From the NCBI GenBank assembly GCA_951406725.2, contig OX597814.1:97278001-97342000 (forward strand): 64,000 nt of DNA, given 5' to 3'. This document shows positions 26,721-41,364 of the stretch, in pieces. Position numbers and translations under genes: made by a program. Source of the stretch: Octopus vulgaris. Its lineage: Eukaryota. Each line of letters starts with the position of its first letter. Position 1 is the first letter of the stretch. The notes below the pieces were generated by a model. That model had not been told where the DNA came from and made no database searches. It worked only from the letters and a program-made list of their open reading frames with translations.

Positions 26721-29700
26721 GAGAGAGAGAGAGATAGATAGATAGATAGACAGACAGATAGATAGACAATGTTAAACTCATTTAATATTTTTATATAACG
26801 TGTGTAGATATTAAATGACTTTAGCATATTAAATTATCTCTCTCCATTAGTGTCCACTATCCACCTGGGTATGTATCAGACAGAATTTGTTGAGAGCATA
26901 TATTTCTATGGTTGGATGCCCTTCATGTTGCCAACCCTCACTTAAGTAAAATAATACTTCCTATTGAACAGGTATGTTTCCACTGAAGACTGGAAATGAA
27001 GAGCACTGCGAGCATAATGGTGACACTCATTTACAACTACTGTGCAATGTGTAAGCACAGAGACAGTAACACACACACACACACACTGTACCAGAATTTT
27101 AAACTTAAGTCAAATATAACAAACTACTCTAAATTGTTAGAGTACATTTTTGAAATACTTTAACTGAGGAAGGTTTACATAATGGATGCATTTCTTATAT
27201 ATTATGCAAACCTGAAACCTACATGTTAAATGATTTCATAATATCAATATTTGGTTTGATTTCATTATCATAACTACACACACACTCACACATGATGTGT
27301 TTCTTTCAGTTTCTGCCTACAAATCCACTCACAAGGTATTTGATCCCTTTTTATCTATAACAGAAGATACTCACCTATGGTACCATGTCTGGAACACTTT
27401 TGCGTTATTACCTATTATAGTTGTTTACAAAAGCAAATAAAAATTTAAAGGCTAATGTTCTTGTAGACCCATACAAACATAAACAGAAGCTAAATATATT
27501 TCATCACTGTGCTATTTCTGTTTTGGTTTTATATTTTACTCATGAACTCGAGTGATATGTTATTTTTGGTACTGAAACATAATGAACAGTTAATGAGCTA
27601 TCATTCTCATAGAAAATGTAATATTGTTAGAGTGACTTAAACTCTTCATTACACATCAGTTATCTTCAGTAATAGATGTAACCTATACCACCAAATTATA
27701 GCTATGCACCTACACCTGGCAAAACCATTTGGTTTTCATGTATAATATACACCTATAATTTTTAGGCTTAAAAATCCAGAAAAAGAAGAAGTGTATATTA
27801 TACACAAATAAATATATTATGCAATCTCCCTTGATTATTAATGATACATAGTTTCCCATTGGTAACGTAAATAGACAATTACATAAGAAAATGATTTATT
27901 GGTATATTATTGATGTAGCATCCATTTTCCAGGTTCTGTGTTACTAAAGCTTCCACATCAACCATTCTTCCATCCAACCTGGCCTAACATTTTTGTCACT
28001 GATGTTTAGCCTTGGATCAATCATGAATGAGTAAATTTGTGATCAAAAGCACTCAATCTGTGACAATCCTAATATTTTTAACATCTAAGACTACCTTGTC
28101 CAGTATATCTTTCCATATAACATATGTGATTTGAAAGATTTAGGCTACATTTTTCTAGTAGGTTTACCAATTACACAGAGGCTTCCTTATATGTTTGTGT
28201 TTTAAATTTTGCTAGAAATATAAATCTATCAAAGCTCGTACATAGTTAAAATATGTTTCTCCTGTTCAAATATCAAAAGTAACAACAGCTGTTATATATT
28301 AATGTTTTAACATTAACAAGGAAGCACTGAATCATATAAATAGAAAACTATAAAAATATTGTACATAGTTTTAAATAACTTTCTAAGCCTATTTCCAGTA
28401 ACATCCGATGTCAATTACACATCAATCACACAGAAAAGATTGCATGAAAAAGGTTTGAGTTCCATATCAGAGACATACAATACTTTAGTCTGTATTCTTA
28501 ACAAAGTGACAACATGCATGAGGCCAAAATATTTTTTCGTTAAGTAAGAGTAAACATCTACTATATGCAAATGACAAATCAAAATGAAGATAAATTATCC
28601 AGCTGTTAGGCAAGCTTTCTTTATCTGACATTTTATAACCACTGAGGTGTAGTGAATATCTGTCATCTTTATGGTTCTCTGCGATACATAGTAGTACACC
28701 CTGCCCTTCTGATATTTCTTTGTACAGTTGTCTTGCAAACTTATTTCATCTGTCGCTCATCTCTCATATTCACATTGTGCTAGCTTCCCTGTCTGATTCT
28801 TTTCCCCAGAACTGTAATCATCTAGAATTCATCTCTACAATGAAGGATGTTGTCTATTGTTTTGGTCTATTAATATGGAGACAAATTGTGAGAATGTTAT
28901 TTGACATTTTGGGAAGAATTTTGATATAGAGAATGTTTATTAAACTACCTAGACAAATATTTCATGCAGTGATATTGCTGTTTCCAATTATTATTATATA
29001 GCATAGAGTGTGTACAAGATTCTAAGCTGTGAAGTAAGTGTAACACAATATAATTAATATATTATAAATCTATAGAAGTTTTTGTAGTATCTTCTGATAT
29101 AATATACATAGTTTCTAGAATACTAATGGCCTTAAAAAGAACAATTAAGTCACAAGTAATTCTAGATTGATCCCTAATGTTAGTTACTAACCGATGCTTA
29201 GGAACTACTGACATACATTCAACAACAAATGTATGCTTAAAAATAATTAACATTTGAAAGATCCTTTATATTCAACAAATGAACAACTAAATCTAAAAGA
29301 GAAATAATAAAAACTGAATTAATGAGTGCAAACTTCTGAGAGACATAATACAATAAAGTCTATGTTTTTTCAAATGAAGTAAAAACAAAGAAAAAAAGAT
29401 AAGCATTTACTGTTATTAAACGAGATTTCAAAATAAGAAACATAATTTTGTAAAAGGAATTTGAAGTTACCTGAAGACTGAGTGAATGAAAATGAACCGA
29501 TTTCATGTTTTGTACATCTTAAGACTGAGAACATTAAACCCATATGACTAAGAAAGTAACTTAATAAACTATACTTGAGTGCAGACTGAGTGTACTGTGT
29601 AAAGTGTGTCAATAGTAAAGGTATGTTTACTTTCATCTAAAAAGTTAATACCGTGAGAAATATATAAAATAAATCACAATTAAATGATGACACACTGAAT

Positions 29701-30827
29701 GTATGTTGAGTATAGAATAAAATGTAACACTTGAGTTATTGTTTAATACGGTTAAGAAGCTTTACAATTTGATTTGGTGGTGGGTTGACAAAATTATTAA
29801 AGCTTTGGACAAGATACCTTGCAGTATTAGGTCCGACTGTTTATGTCATGAGTTCAAATCCCACTAAAGTTAACTCTGTCTTTCAAACTTTCGAGGGCAT
29901 TGAAATAAAATATCACCCCAGGTTAGAAGGATGGTGGAATTGTTAAAGGACTGGACAAAATGTCATGTGGTATTTGTTCTGTCTCTTTACTTTGTAAGTT
30001 TTTTAATAGCAATGGTACCAAACTGTATTGGTTCTTGCTTTCACTTAGTGAACATCAATAGCACAGAGAGAAGAGACTTGCTATATGGGTAAGAGTTATT
30101 CTTTAAAAAAAGCCTATCCTGCCCAAGCCTGTGCTCTGAAAGGGCAGTTCTCAAAAGCTAATACATGATCAAGCCTGATGAATGAATGCCTAAGACAATT
30201 TGTTTCATGCTCCTTTGATCTTAAATATATAGACATATTCTGTTAATTCCTATCCTGTCATAATGCCTATACAAAGTATACACTCTAATAAACACATTCT
30301 TGTGAATACTAACACATATTCATCTCTCTATTAAGGTCTCTGTTTATCTGTCTGCCTATCTCTCCCTCACTCTCCCCACTCACTTTTTCACACAAAAGTA
30401 TAAGTTAACATCTATACAATTATACTGCTAAGATATAATCTTGGTAGTGTCATCAAGATCAAACATAAAAACATATATTTAGCTACACATGCATTGCATC
30501 ACAATTGCACCTAAGCAAACAAATCTTTTCTTTTACTTGTTTTGATCATTGAACTGTAGCCTTGGACTTTTTAGTCAAACAATTTGCCTGCAGTGCTTAT
30601 GTTTTTTTTAAAGTCTTATTCTTATTCTATCATCCTCTCTTGCTGAATTACTAAGTCATGAGGATGTAAAGAAATGAACACAAGCTGTCAGGCATTGACT
30701 GAGGGAAATAAACACACACACACACATATAAATACATATGTACATACATACATACATAAATACATACATATATACATAAAAAATACATACATACATACAT
30801 ACATACATACATACATACATACATACA

Positions 30828-30861
<34 letters not shown>

Positions 30862-30867
30862 CATACA

Positions 30868-31043
30868 TATATTAAGAAAAAGAAGGTAGTCAGGATTTGG
30901 ATAAAAACTATTTATTTAGCACTTTTGTCCCTTTCAAGGATTTATCATGAATAAACCCATTCATGATGAATTCCTGATAGGGATGAAAAGGCTAAATAAA
31001 TAGCTTTTATTCAAATCCTGGCTATTCTCTTTTCCTTAATATA
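30868..31043. repeat. Imperfect palindrome with a hammerhead-like core
   Basis: Arms ttaagaaaaagaag..caggatttggataaaaactatttatttagc / gctaaataaatagcttttattcaaatcctg..cttttccttaa. The right arm contains TGATGA-ATTCCT-gat-AGGGAT-GAAA. Confidence 0.7.
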
Positions 31044-31114
31044 TAAAATCTGTACACCACTTCACACAATCTATACATATATACACATACATACATATAT
31101 ATATATACAGCACT

Positions 31115-31477
31115 GTTGGAACATTGGGCCTCACAGAGGCAAAGTGGCTGAGTTCCTTTCAAGTATTAGGCCTCACAGAGACAATGACTGAGACTTTTGG
31201 CATTATGTTGTGCTTGAGAAGAAGACCCATCAAGCCAAGCAAAATCACAGACATGACAGATACCAATGTCATGCAAATGGCACCAGTGCCGGTGACACAT
31301 AGAAGCACCCATTATACTTTCAGAGTGGTTGGTGTTAGGAAGGGCATCCAGCCATAGAAAACCATGTCAAATCAGACTGGAATCTGGTGCAACCTTCCAG
31401 CTAACTAGCCCTGGTCAAACCATACAACCCATACTAGAATGGACAATGGACGTTAAATGATGACGATGATGATGATA
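31115..31477 (+). mobile_element. 3' tail of the RTE-like LINE or its partner SINE, ending in (GAT)n (copies at about 37350-37680, 40345-40617, 42868-43308 and 22975-23130 minus)
   Basis: Shared cactacactctcggagtggttggc.ttaggaagggcatccagct...ggacgttaaatgatgatgat, matching the 3' UTR at 59225-59706. Confidence 0.85.
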
Positions 31478-31481
31478 TATA

Positions 31482-31957
31482 CAGGATGTGGTGAATAAAC
31501 TGCTGTTTAAATTATGCAAAAATGAAAATGACACTAGCATTTCATTTTAACAGATATATTAGCCAAAATTAGATAAAAAATCTGGAAATACTAAAGAGTA
31601 AATTTATTCAATAAAATCGCCATTGGCTTCAATCATGGCCTTCAGACAACTTCAGCATCTTCTGCAACTGTTCTGGATGGTCTCCTTGTTTAAGTTGGTG
31701 AATGGTGCCATAATTCTTGCCTTCAGTTCATCTTTGGTGTTACAAGGAGTTTTATTGGTCTCTAGCTCAACTGTGACCCATACATAATAATCAAAGGGGT
31801 TGCAGTCTGGAGAGTTAGGTGGCCAGATGTTAGGGGTGATATGGTCGCAGAAGTTGTCTGACAGCCATGACTGGGTTTTCCTGCTTGTGTGGCATGGTGC
31901 AGAGTCCTGTTGCTAGACATAGGGTGTTCCAGTAGCCACCCTCTTGACCCAGGGCAG
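31482..31957 (-). mobile_element. Truncated second copy of the maT-like element
   Basis: Colinear and highly similar to 25356-25832; starts with the TIR caggatgtggtgaataaactg after TA. Confidence 0.9.
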
Positions 31958-32509
31958 ATTTTGTAACTTCCATGATTTCCTTATAATTTTCAATAAACTA
32001 AGGACATTGGAATATCATTACAAATATTAATCATTGCACAAAGCTACATACCTGATAAGCAGTAAGATTTTTTAGCAATACTTTTATACTGATATAAAAC
32101 ATTTATCCACAATATAAAAGCATATTAAACATGATTTCATTTTTGATTTTCTCCTGAACACAAAGTAATAAAAAATTTTCTAAAGATCAATATGAAAGCC
32201 TATGCCTGTAATAAATAAAACTGGATTCATTTCATTCATGTTCATAGGTCACTAATTATTTAGTTCAAAGCTTTAATATCTTTGATTTGTAATATTTAGG
32301 TCAATGTAAAGTACAGTTCTATGAATCAAGATTTATTATTCAGTTTTCTATACATTCATACAAATCATTTCATAATTATATTATGCACTGTTAAAATAAA
32401 GTCTATATCTTACCTCCATAATAAAAATTAAAAATGTACCAATGTAAGAAATAATTGATATAGGTGCCATTTTAGTGTGCAGTCTATTTGATCATTTACA
32501 CTTGCCATC

Positions 32510-32695
32510 TAACCTAACCCTAACCCTAACCCTAAGGCTAACCCTAAACCCCAACCCTGATCCTAATCCTAAACTTAACTAATCTTAACCCCTAACCCTA
32601 ACTCAAAACTTAACTTTAACCTTAAACATAAAACCTAACCCCAAACTCAAAACCAAATCTTGACTCAAACCTAACCCTAACCTTAATCCTAACTT
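32510..32695. repeat. Degenerate (TAACCC)n telomere-like tract
   Basis: ctaacctaaccctaaccctaaccctaaggctaaccctaaacccc... read directly. A shorter decayed version lies at about 61730-61780. Confidence 0.8.
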
Positions 32696-34104
32696 AGATC
32701 AGGTAATTTCACAGTCTAGACTAGGGATACTGCAGTAGCCTACACACTAAAGTAGTACCCTGATCTTATACATCACAACATTATCATAATGTTGATCAGG
32801 ACCAATATACATTATATGACTGAAGACCTACTTTCTTTATATATAAAGAATTAAATGAAGCCATAAAAATTTCAGTTAGTAATAATATCAGTGGAAGTGC
32901 ATGGCTTAGTGGTAAATGTGTTGGACTTGTGATTGTAAGATTGTGGTTTTGATTCCTGGACAGAGCAATGCATTGTGTTCTTGAGCAAAACACTTCATTT
33001 CATGTTGCTCCTGTCCACTCAGTTGGCAAAAATGAGTAATACTGTTGCCATGGACTGCTGTCCCATCCACATGGGGAATATATATGCCAAGGAAATTGGG
33101 ATGCAGCCCTTATGATGCTGGTCCTTATGTATGATTCAGGAAGGATCTTTATGTTCTTTTTTAGAATAATACAGAAACTTATAAATGTACCAAAGCTAGA
33201 GATTAAACTTGGAGTCTTTTGCTTAATGCTCTCTCAGCTGAGCTGTTTTGATTCTTAGCAAAAGGCTTCATTATTTGTAGTAATAAATATTTGCTGTTAT
33301 TAAAATGGGAAAATTTTGTTAATGTATACCAAGTAAAACATGTTAAACAACAGATTAAGAAAAAATTTCATTCTAAATTAAAAATTAATTAAAAATTAAT
33401 ATAATTATATTAATTCAAAATATATGTGTCTTCATATGTTAAATATATTAACCAATTAAGAAAAAGAACTCATTCCTAATTAAAAATCATTTCAAATTAT
33501 AATTGATTTGTGTTTTTATACAATTTCACAATTTTATTTTATATCTTAGATTCTTTTAAAATATATAAAAAGTCTTTCAAATTTTCCCAAGGAAATGTTA
33601 TAGAAAATTGCACAAATCCCTTTTTGTGTATGTGTTGGCTAAATACATACATACATACATACATACATACATACATACATACATACATACATAATACATA
33701 CATACATACATACATACATACATACATACATACATACATTACATACATACATGCATGCACATGTACACACATACATACATACAAACATACATACATGCAT
33801 ACATGCATGCATGCATACAAGTTAACAGGTAAGGAATATTGATGTAAATGACCTGCCTATCTCCTCTTTCACTAGTGGTGAATGTTACAAATATCTTGGA
33901 ACTGACAAGAATATTACACATGTTCATGCAATGAGTAAAGCTAGAGTATCATAAATTATTTCAATAGACTTCAGAAGGTATGGAAGTCAGAGTTGTCTGC
34001 ATTTAATAATACTATATCCCACAATACTTTTGTTGTGTCAGTGCAAGTACTGACATTTAGGATAGTAGACTGGACACTTGAAGAGATCTGCAACATTGGC
34101 ATCA

Positions 34105-34561
34105 TTAATTATAAGACAAAAGAGATCATTACACTTGTGTAGAGAGGTATTAGGCAACAAGAGGTTATCACATTCAACCCCAGTGCTGAAGTCATCCAAT
34201 CAAAGAATTTTCTTCTTCTGTGATTATATACATGAAGGGTCAAATAACAGGGAACAAACACTCTTTGTTAGTTATGCAGCTGATTGTCATATGTACTGAT
34301 AATTACAGTAAGTCTATTCCAATATTAACGATCAACAAAACTGGATGATATTCTTTTCTCACTTATTTGAAATATTGCTCCATATAGTAGATTAGTACCA
34401 AAGATGCATTATGTTTCAGCCACTCTGCTTATCTTGAAAGAGTGTGGCTATTTTTTTTATTTTCTATTTTTATTTGTGTAATAGTTTATTTCTTTCTTTA
34501 TTTTTTTATTTCAATAGTATCTAGAAATCTTAAGTCTCTCAAGTCAGCTACACCAATACAG

Positions 34562-34603
<42 letters not shown>

Positions 34604-34674
34604 TACACACACACAGATGTATAGAGAGAGATGGAGTGAGTACGAACCTGCTATAAAGAGATAGAGAAGGTAGG
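34105..34674. repeat. About 570-bp direct repeat, copy 1
   Basis: Nearly identical to 36588-37144 (ttaattataagacaaaagagatcattacacttgtg...gagatagagaaggtagg). Confidence 0.95.
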
Positions 34675-34849
34675 AAGATATTAGCAATGACTGATAATTT
34701 CACATTAGTAGTGATATTGATAGGATCTGTGTTAAACAGAAGAACAGAGGTGGAGGAATAAAGTAATTCCAGACAACCTTTGAGAACTGCATTTTATCAC
34801 TTAGACAATATCTACTGAAGAGCAAAAAGGGAAATGAGTACATAACATG

Positions 34850-35830
34850 TATACTCAACAGTTAAGGCAATAACATGAGATTAAGCAGTGAACTTCTGAA
34901 CAAATATTCTGAGTTTATTGTTGCTCCATATGAACCCAGGGTGGCTGGACTGACCTATTTATAGAGAGGGTACATACACTACAAGATGAGAATACCAACA
35001 ACATTGACAGGACTAGCCTCTCCTGGACCTGTGATAAGTACATCATATTTCACCCAGAAGACTGTGATTTTGCTATCCAAGAACAGGAGATAGTTATTAA
35101 ATAACTGACTAACAAAAGAGATAAGGATGCCACTAAACTTCCATGCTGGGGTAGAAAGTGTAGATTGTGCCATACCAGTGTGAAAGATATTTAGATCATC
35201 AGTAGCTTTCCAAACATGTCTGCAAGGTATTGCCTTTCCATGAGGAAACATTGTCAATAAGTCAATCTTCAATACTAAATACAAGAAGGATTGTCAATAC
35301 CAAAGTCATACCAGAACCAGAAAGTATACACACCTTTCAAAATGAAGAATACTGGTGGAACATTCCAATAAAAACAGCTTCCTGGTGTGAACACAGCAGG
35401 CCAGACATAGTTGTATGGGGCAATGAGCACTTGTCTCAGCAATTGCCTAGATGTGAATGTCTCTTCAAAAATTGGGGGGACAATTGAATATTTATGGAAA
35501 AAACGATGAGAAACTTACAGTTCTTACATTCAGGCTATGCATTTTCATTTGTTCCTATCATCATAGGTGCATCAAGTTACATAACAACAGACCTGCACAG
35601 AAATCTAGAAATGTTGGGTTCTCAAAAGAACAGAGTAGACTGGTTCACATTCTCTGGATACAATCATTCAGAGGAACAGTGAAAACTTCTAAAACATTTC
35701 TGGGATTCTTCGTTAGAGGTATCTTATTTGTGGGTTTTTGGTCCAAAGCTATCTGTATGCTCTTTGTACATAATCAAGAGTTCCTTACTACCAACAAACC
35801 AGTATAGAAACTTCAAGTTGCAATGCATAA
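34850..35830 (+). mobile_element. Degraded RLE-clade LINE C-terminal fragment
   Basis: Reads QNEEYWWNIPIKTASWCEHSRPDIVVW (RPD endonuclease motif) and FSFVPIIIGA. Confidence 0.7.
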
Positions 35831-35905
35831 AATTGACCTTTGTTAATATTCAGTGCACTCTCAACTATATTTTGGATATGCACTTTATATTTTCTGGAAA
35901 TATTC

Positions 35906-35951
<46 letters not shown>

Positions 35952-36330
35952 TGGAAAAAACAATAACTCTGAGCATATTTTCAAACTCCATCTGTCTAAC
36001 ACCCGTGGACATGTTTACAAAGTCAGAAAACAGCACAGCTCCCATGACTTTCAGAAACATTTTTTCACACTAAGAGTTGCTGAAGCATGGAACAAACTGC
36101 CAGCATCAGTTGTTAGTTGTTGGAGCACTGCATCCTTCAAAACTTCTGTGCTTCCTGAGATTCACCAACACTACACCTGATTTTCTCCCCTCCATACAGA
36201 TGCAAGCATGTATCTGACTCATACACTGTTCACTTTCCAGACATTTCTACATTACTGTATATGCTTTATACGCACTTTTGACAAGTTGTGGTGCACCTGA
36301 GCACTGTATACAATAATTTCATCATTATTA
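35952..36330 (+). mobile_element. CR1/L2-like LINE 3' end
   Basis: Reads TRGHVYKVRKQHSSHDFQKHFFTLRVAEAWNKLPASVV..ASFK, typical of CR1-group C-termini. It has a (TTA)n-like tail and follows a (TA)n tract. Confidence 0.85.
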
Positions 36331-36587
36331 TTTTTTTTTTTTTTATTAAATCAGGATCTGCAAGTCTGTACTGATTGGTCTTTAGCTTCAACAGTATCAA
36401 ATAATCATGCAGTAATTTCCTTTGTTGCACACTAGCTCATTATTGTACTAGCAATAGTTATATAACTTGGTGTGAGAATGAATCATATCTCAGCAATTCC
36501 AGATTCATATTATGATATAGTCTTTTTTATAGCTGGATCTTATTTTTAGAAAGGCTTTATATTCTCCTAAGGTCATAGGTTAACTAC

Positions 36588-37144
36588 TTAATTATAAGAC
36601 AAAAGAGATCATTACACTTGTGCAGAGAAATATTAGGCAACAAGAGGTTATCACATTCAACCCCAGTGCTGAAGTCATCCAATCAAAGAATTTTCTTCTT
36701 CTGTGATTATATACATGAAGGGTCAAATAACAGGGAACAAACACTCTTTGTTAGTTATGCAGCTGATTGTCATATGTACTGATAATTACAGTAAGTCTAT
36801 TCCAATATTAACGATCAACAAAACTGGATGATATTCTTTTCTCACTTCTTTGAAATATTGCTCCATATAGTAGATTAGTACCAAAGATGCATTATGTTTC
36901 AGCCACTCTGCTTATCTTGAAAGAGTGTGGCTATTTTTTTAATTTTCTATTTTTATTTGTGTAATACTTTATTTATTTATTTATTTATTATTTCAATAGT
37001 ATCTAGAAACCTCAAGTCTCTCAAGTCAGCTACACCAATACAGAAGTCTCTCTCTCTCTCTCTCTCTTTCACACACACACACACAGATGTATAGAGAGAG
37101 ATGGAGTGAGTATGAACCTGCTATAAAGAGATAGAGAAGGTAGG
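36588..37144. repeat. About 560-bp direct repeat, copy 2
   Basis: Near-identical to 34105-34674, with scattered substitutions and microsatellite length differences. Confidence 0.95.
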
Positions 37145-38951
37145 GCGATGTAGTTATATAAAGCTAAAGATTAAAGCAGATAGAAGTATGTATGTATGTG
37201 TGTATGTATGTATGTATGTATGTATGTATAAATTTAATTATGCCAAGGACCTATAATCCTTTAAGGGATGTTTGCATCCTAGTTCTCTAGTTTTTACCGG
37301 TGTCCAGTGCAAAACTAAATACATTAGTCTTGCATTGATGGATATGACTAGCACCCATGTCTGTAGCACATAAAAAGCACCATTCGAGCGTAACCAATGC
37401 CAGTGTTACCTGATTGGCACCCATGCCAGTGGCATGTGAAAAGCACCATTGGAGTGTGGTTGATGCCAGTAACGTCTGGCTGGCACCTGTGCCGGTGGCT
37501 CGTAAAAAGCATCCACTACACTCTCAGAGTGATTGGCATTAGGAAGGGCATCCAGCTACAGAAAGCTTGCCAAATCAGACTGAAGCCTGGTGCAGCCTCC
37601 TGGCTTGCCAGTCCTCAGTCAAAATGTCCAACCCATACCAGCATGGTAAGTGGACGTTAAACAACTATGATGATGATAATGAATACCATTCTTACCATGA
37701 AGTAGGACTGGAGCCTATATTTTTGTGCAATTAAACAAACTGTAGGAAGCAGCCATTACTTCAAATTTGAACTAATGTCTCCCAGAGAGTGTATGTGTGC
37801 CTATTAACAGAGAAGGGAAATCATTTTGGAGGACCATGTTGGTCCTCTGAAATTCTTTGCTATTAGGATCACAGGGTCTCAGGTTCTGAAATCAGACTAA
37901 TGATTCATTCATAACTTTGTATTATGCAATAATATAAATTTGAAAATAAATTATTCCACACCACTTAAGTAATAAATAAACTCTTAAGTTAGTTAATTCT
38001 CTATTAGAATACAAATATTTTAATTCAGAATTGTTTAGTCATGTTCTATAACAAATATAAGATTAAAATTTCCAAGTGGATGCAAAAAGACCCAACAAAA
38101 GGCAACAATGCAGAGTTAAGTGGATTTCACCAGTTTTAAAGTAGTCCATGTTACATCCTCTCTTTTTAGGTTTTATACTAACTATAGCTGAAAAGCAAGT
38201 TATAAAAAAGAAAAAAATAGATATAGTAAAAGAAATATGAATTTTATTTTTATCTTTTAGTCAAGAATAAAGGCACTGCTCATGACCTTTCACGGGCAGG
38301 AAGAAGGGAAGAAGATATCCTCAAATCAGAAACCTGGTCTAAATGCTTGCCCAAGATACAAAGAGCCATAACAAATACTAGAAGGCATTTGGCTTGACAC
38401 TCTTACAGTCCTGCCAATCTATCACCTTAAATTGGTACTTTTTTATCAACCCCCAAAAGGATGAAAAGCAAAGTTAATTTTGACAGGATTTGAATTTAGA
38501 ACAGAGGGAGTTAGAACAAATACCATGAAGTGTCTGGGTCAATACTTCAATGATTTTGCGAATTTGCTGCCCAATATGGAATAAGTATAGAGATGAATAA
38601 AACAGAAAAAAAAATGAGAAAATGTGAAGGTGGGGAATAGGAAATTTGGAGGACATAATGAAATAGAAGAGGTATAATAAAACAGCTGTTTTTGAGCAAT
38701 ATTTTTTCAAACAATCTTGTAAAATATATAAATAGTCTATTGATTTAATAAAGTTATATTTTGTACATGGCTTAATCAAGTATTTGGGTATTTACTCTTT
38801 GGTCTCTTTATACCACTGTTTTCCTTTCTATTATATCTTATGGCATGTAACCTATTGTTCTGCACATAAACTTTTCATAAAAATATTACTTAATTCTTTT
38901 TAACCATTAAATTTTTTCTTAAAGATAAAAAGTACATTTTATTCCTCAGCT

Positions 38952-39164
38952 TTAACTGATATCAAAAACTGAACTTACCATAGTAACCATTCTTCCAATA
39001 TCAGGAAAGTATAGATTAGCTGTAAGAATTGCAAGAGCATTAGCAGGGCGCCTGTTATTTTCTTCTTGAATTACATATTCGGAGCATTGTTCGTTTTGGA
39101 GTTCTTCATCAGACAGAAGACCAGGGCCCCAATCAGGAGGTGTTTCTATAAGTTTTTTGAAGTG
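38952..39164 (-). CDS. SLC6-type C-terminal-tail exon; ends either at the TAA at 38952-38954 or at an internal phase-0 donor after 38979
   Basis: Acceptor tctatcttttatgcag|. Translates HFKKLIETPPDWGPGLLSDEELQNEQCSEYVIQEENNRRPANALAILTANLYFPDIGRMVTM|VSSVFDIS*. The PxDWGP motif about 10 residues after a phase-0 acceptor matches the post-TM12 tail of glycine-transporter-like SLC6 proteins. Internal donor ATG|GTAAGT. Confidence 0.8.
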   Translation of the reverse strand, partial: HFKKLIETPPDWGPGLLSDEELQNEQCSEYVIQEENNRRPANALAILTANLYFPDIGRMVTMVSSVFDIS

Positions 39165-39329
39165 CTGCATAAAAGATAGAAATAATTTTAATTGACGATG
39201 TGTGGCTATAACAAAAATGTAAAATTACAAGGGTAAAACAGAATAAACAAAATGTGACAATTTTAAAGAAAATTTCAGTATCATTTTTACACATAATTCT
39301 GCACAGTCAACTTGCTGTAGTCATAGTGC

Positions 39330-40758
<1,429 letters not shown>

Positions 40759-40880
40759 CAAGGAAGTTTGGAGTGAATAAAACTTATAGAAATAAATAAC
40801 TGAGAGTTTTGTGAATAAATGCAACAGCTCTGAAACATTTGTGCCACTGTTAGTTATACAGCTGTATAAATGTGTGTCTA

Positions 40881-40933
<53 letters not shown>

Positions 40934-41322
40934 GTATACACGTGAGTGTATATAACTATATATATCAAAAGAGATTAGAGCATTTTTTGCAGTATTTATT
41001 CATCATTACATGTGTTTCATTTGCTAACAGGAGTTAAAATATTGTAGAAAACATGTAAGATATCTCTTATTAGAAATTCCTCAGACTGAGAAAATATAAC
41101 CATAGTATCTCACCATTAATAGTTAAAAACTATTTTATTGAAAGAAGGAAAAACAGTGAATTGATGTGAACTTACTGGGTATGGTTCACTTGGGCCGCAT
41201 CTCAATGTAGCCCAAATGAGCACACACATCCTGATACTGAATAGCTATGGAAGAGTACTCTTTTCTCATTTATTTGACATGAAAGAATATACATATACAT
41301 ATGTGTGTGTGTCTATATACAA

Positions 41323-41358
<36 letters not shown>

Positions 41359-41364
<6 letters not shown>

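Noticed and set aside
41176-41244. Candidate phase-0 minus-strand exon (LFSIRMCVLIWATLRCGPSEPYP|gtaagt)
   Set aside because: No recognisable SLC6 TM11/TM12 motif, so it cannot be supported from sequence alone.
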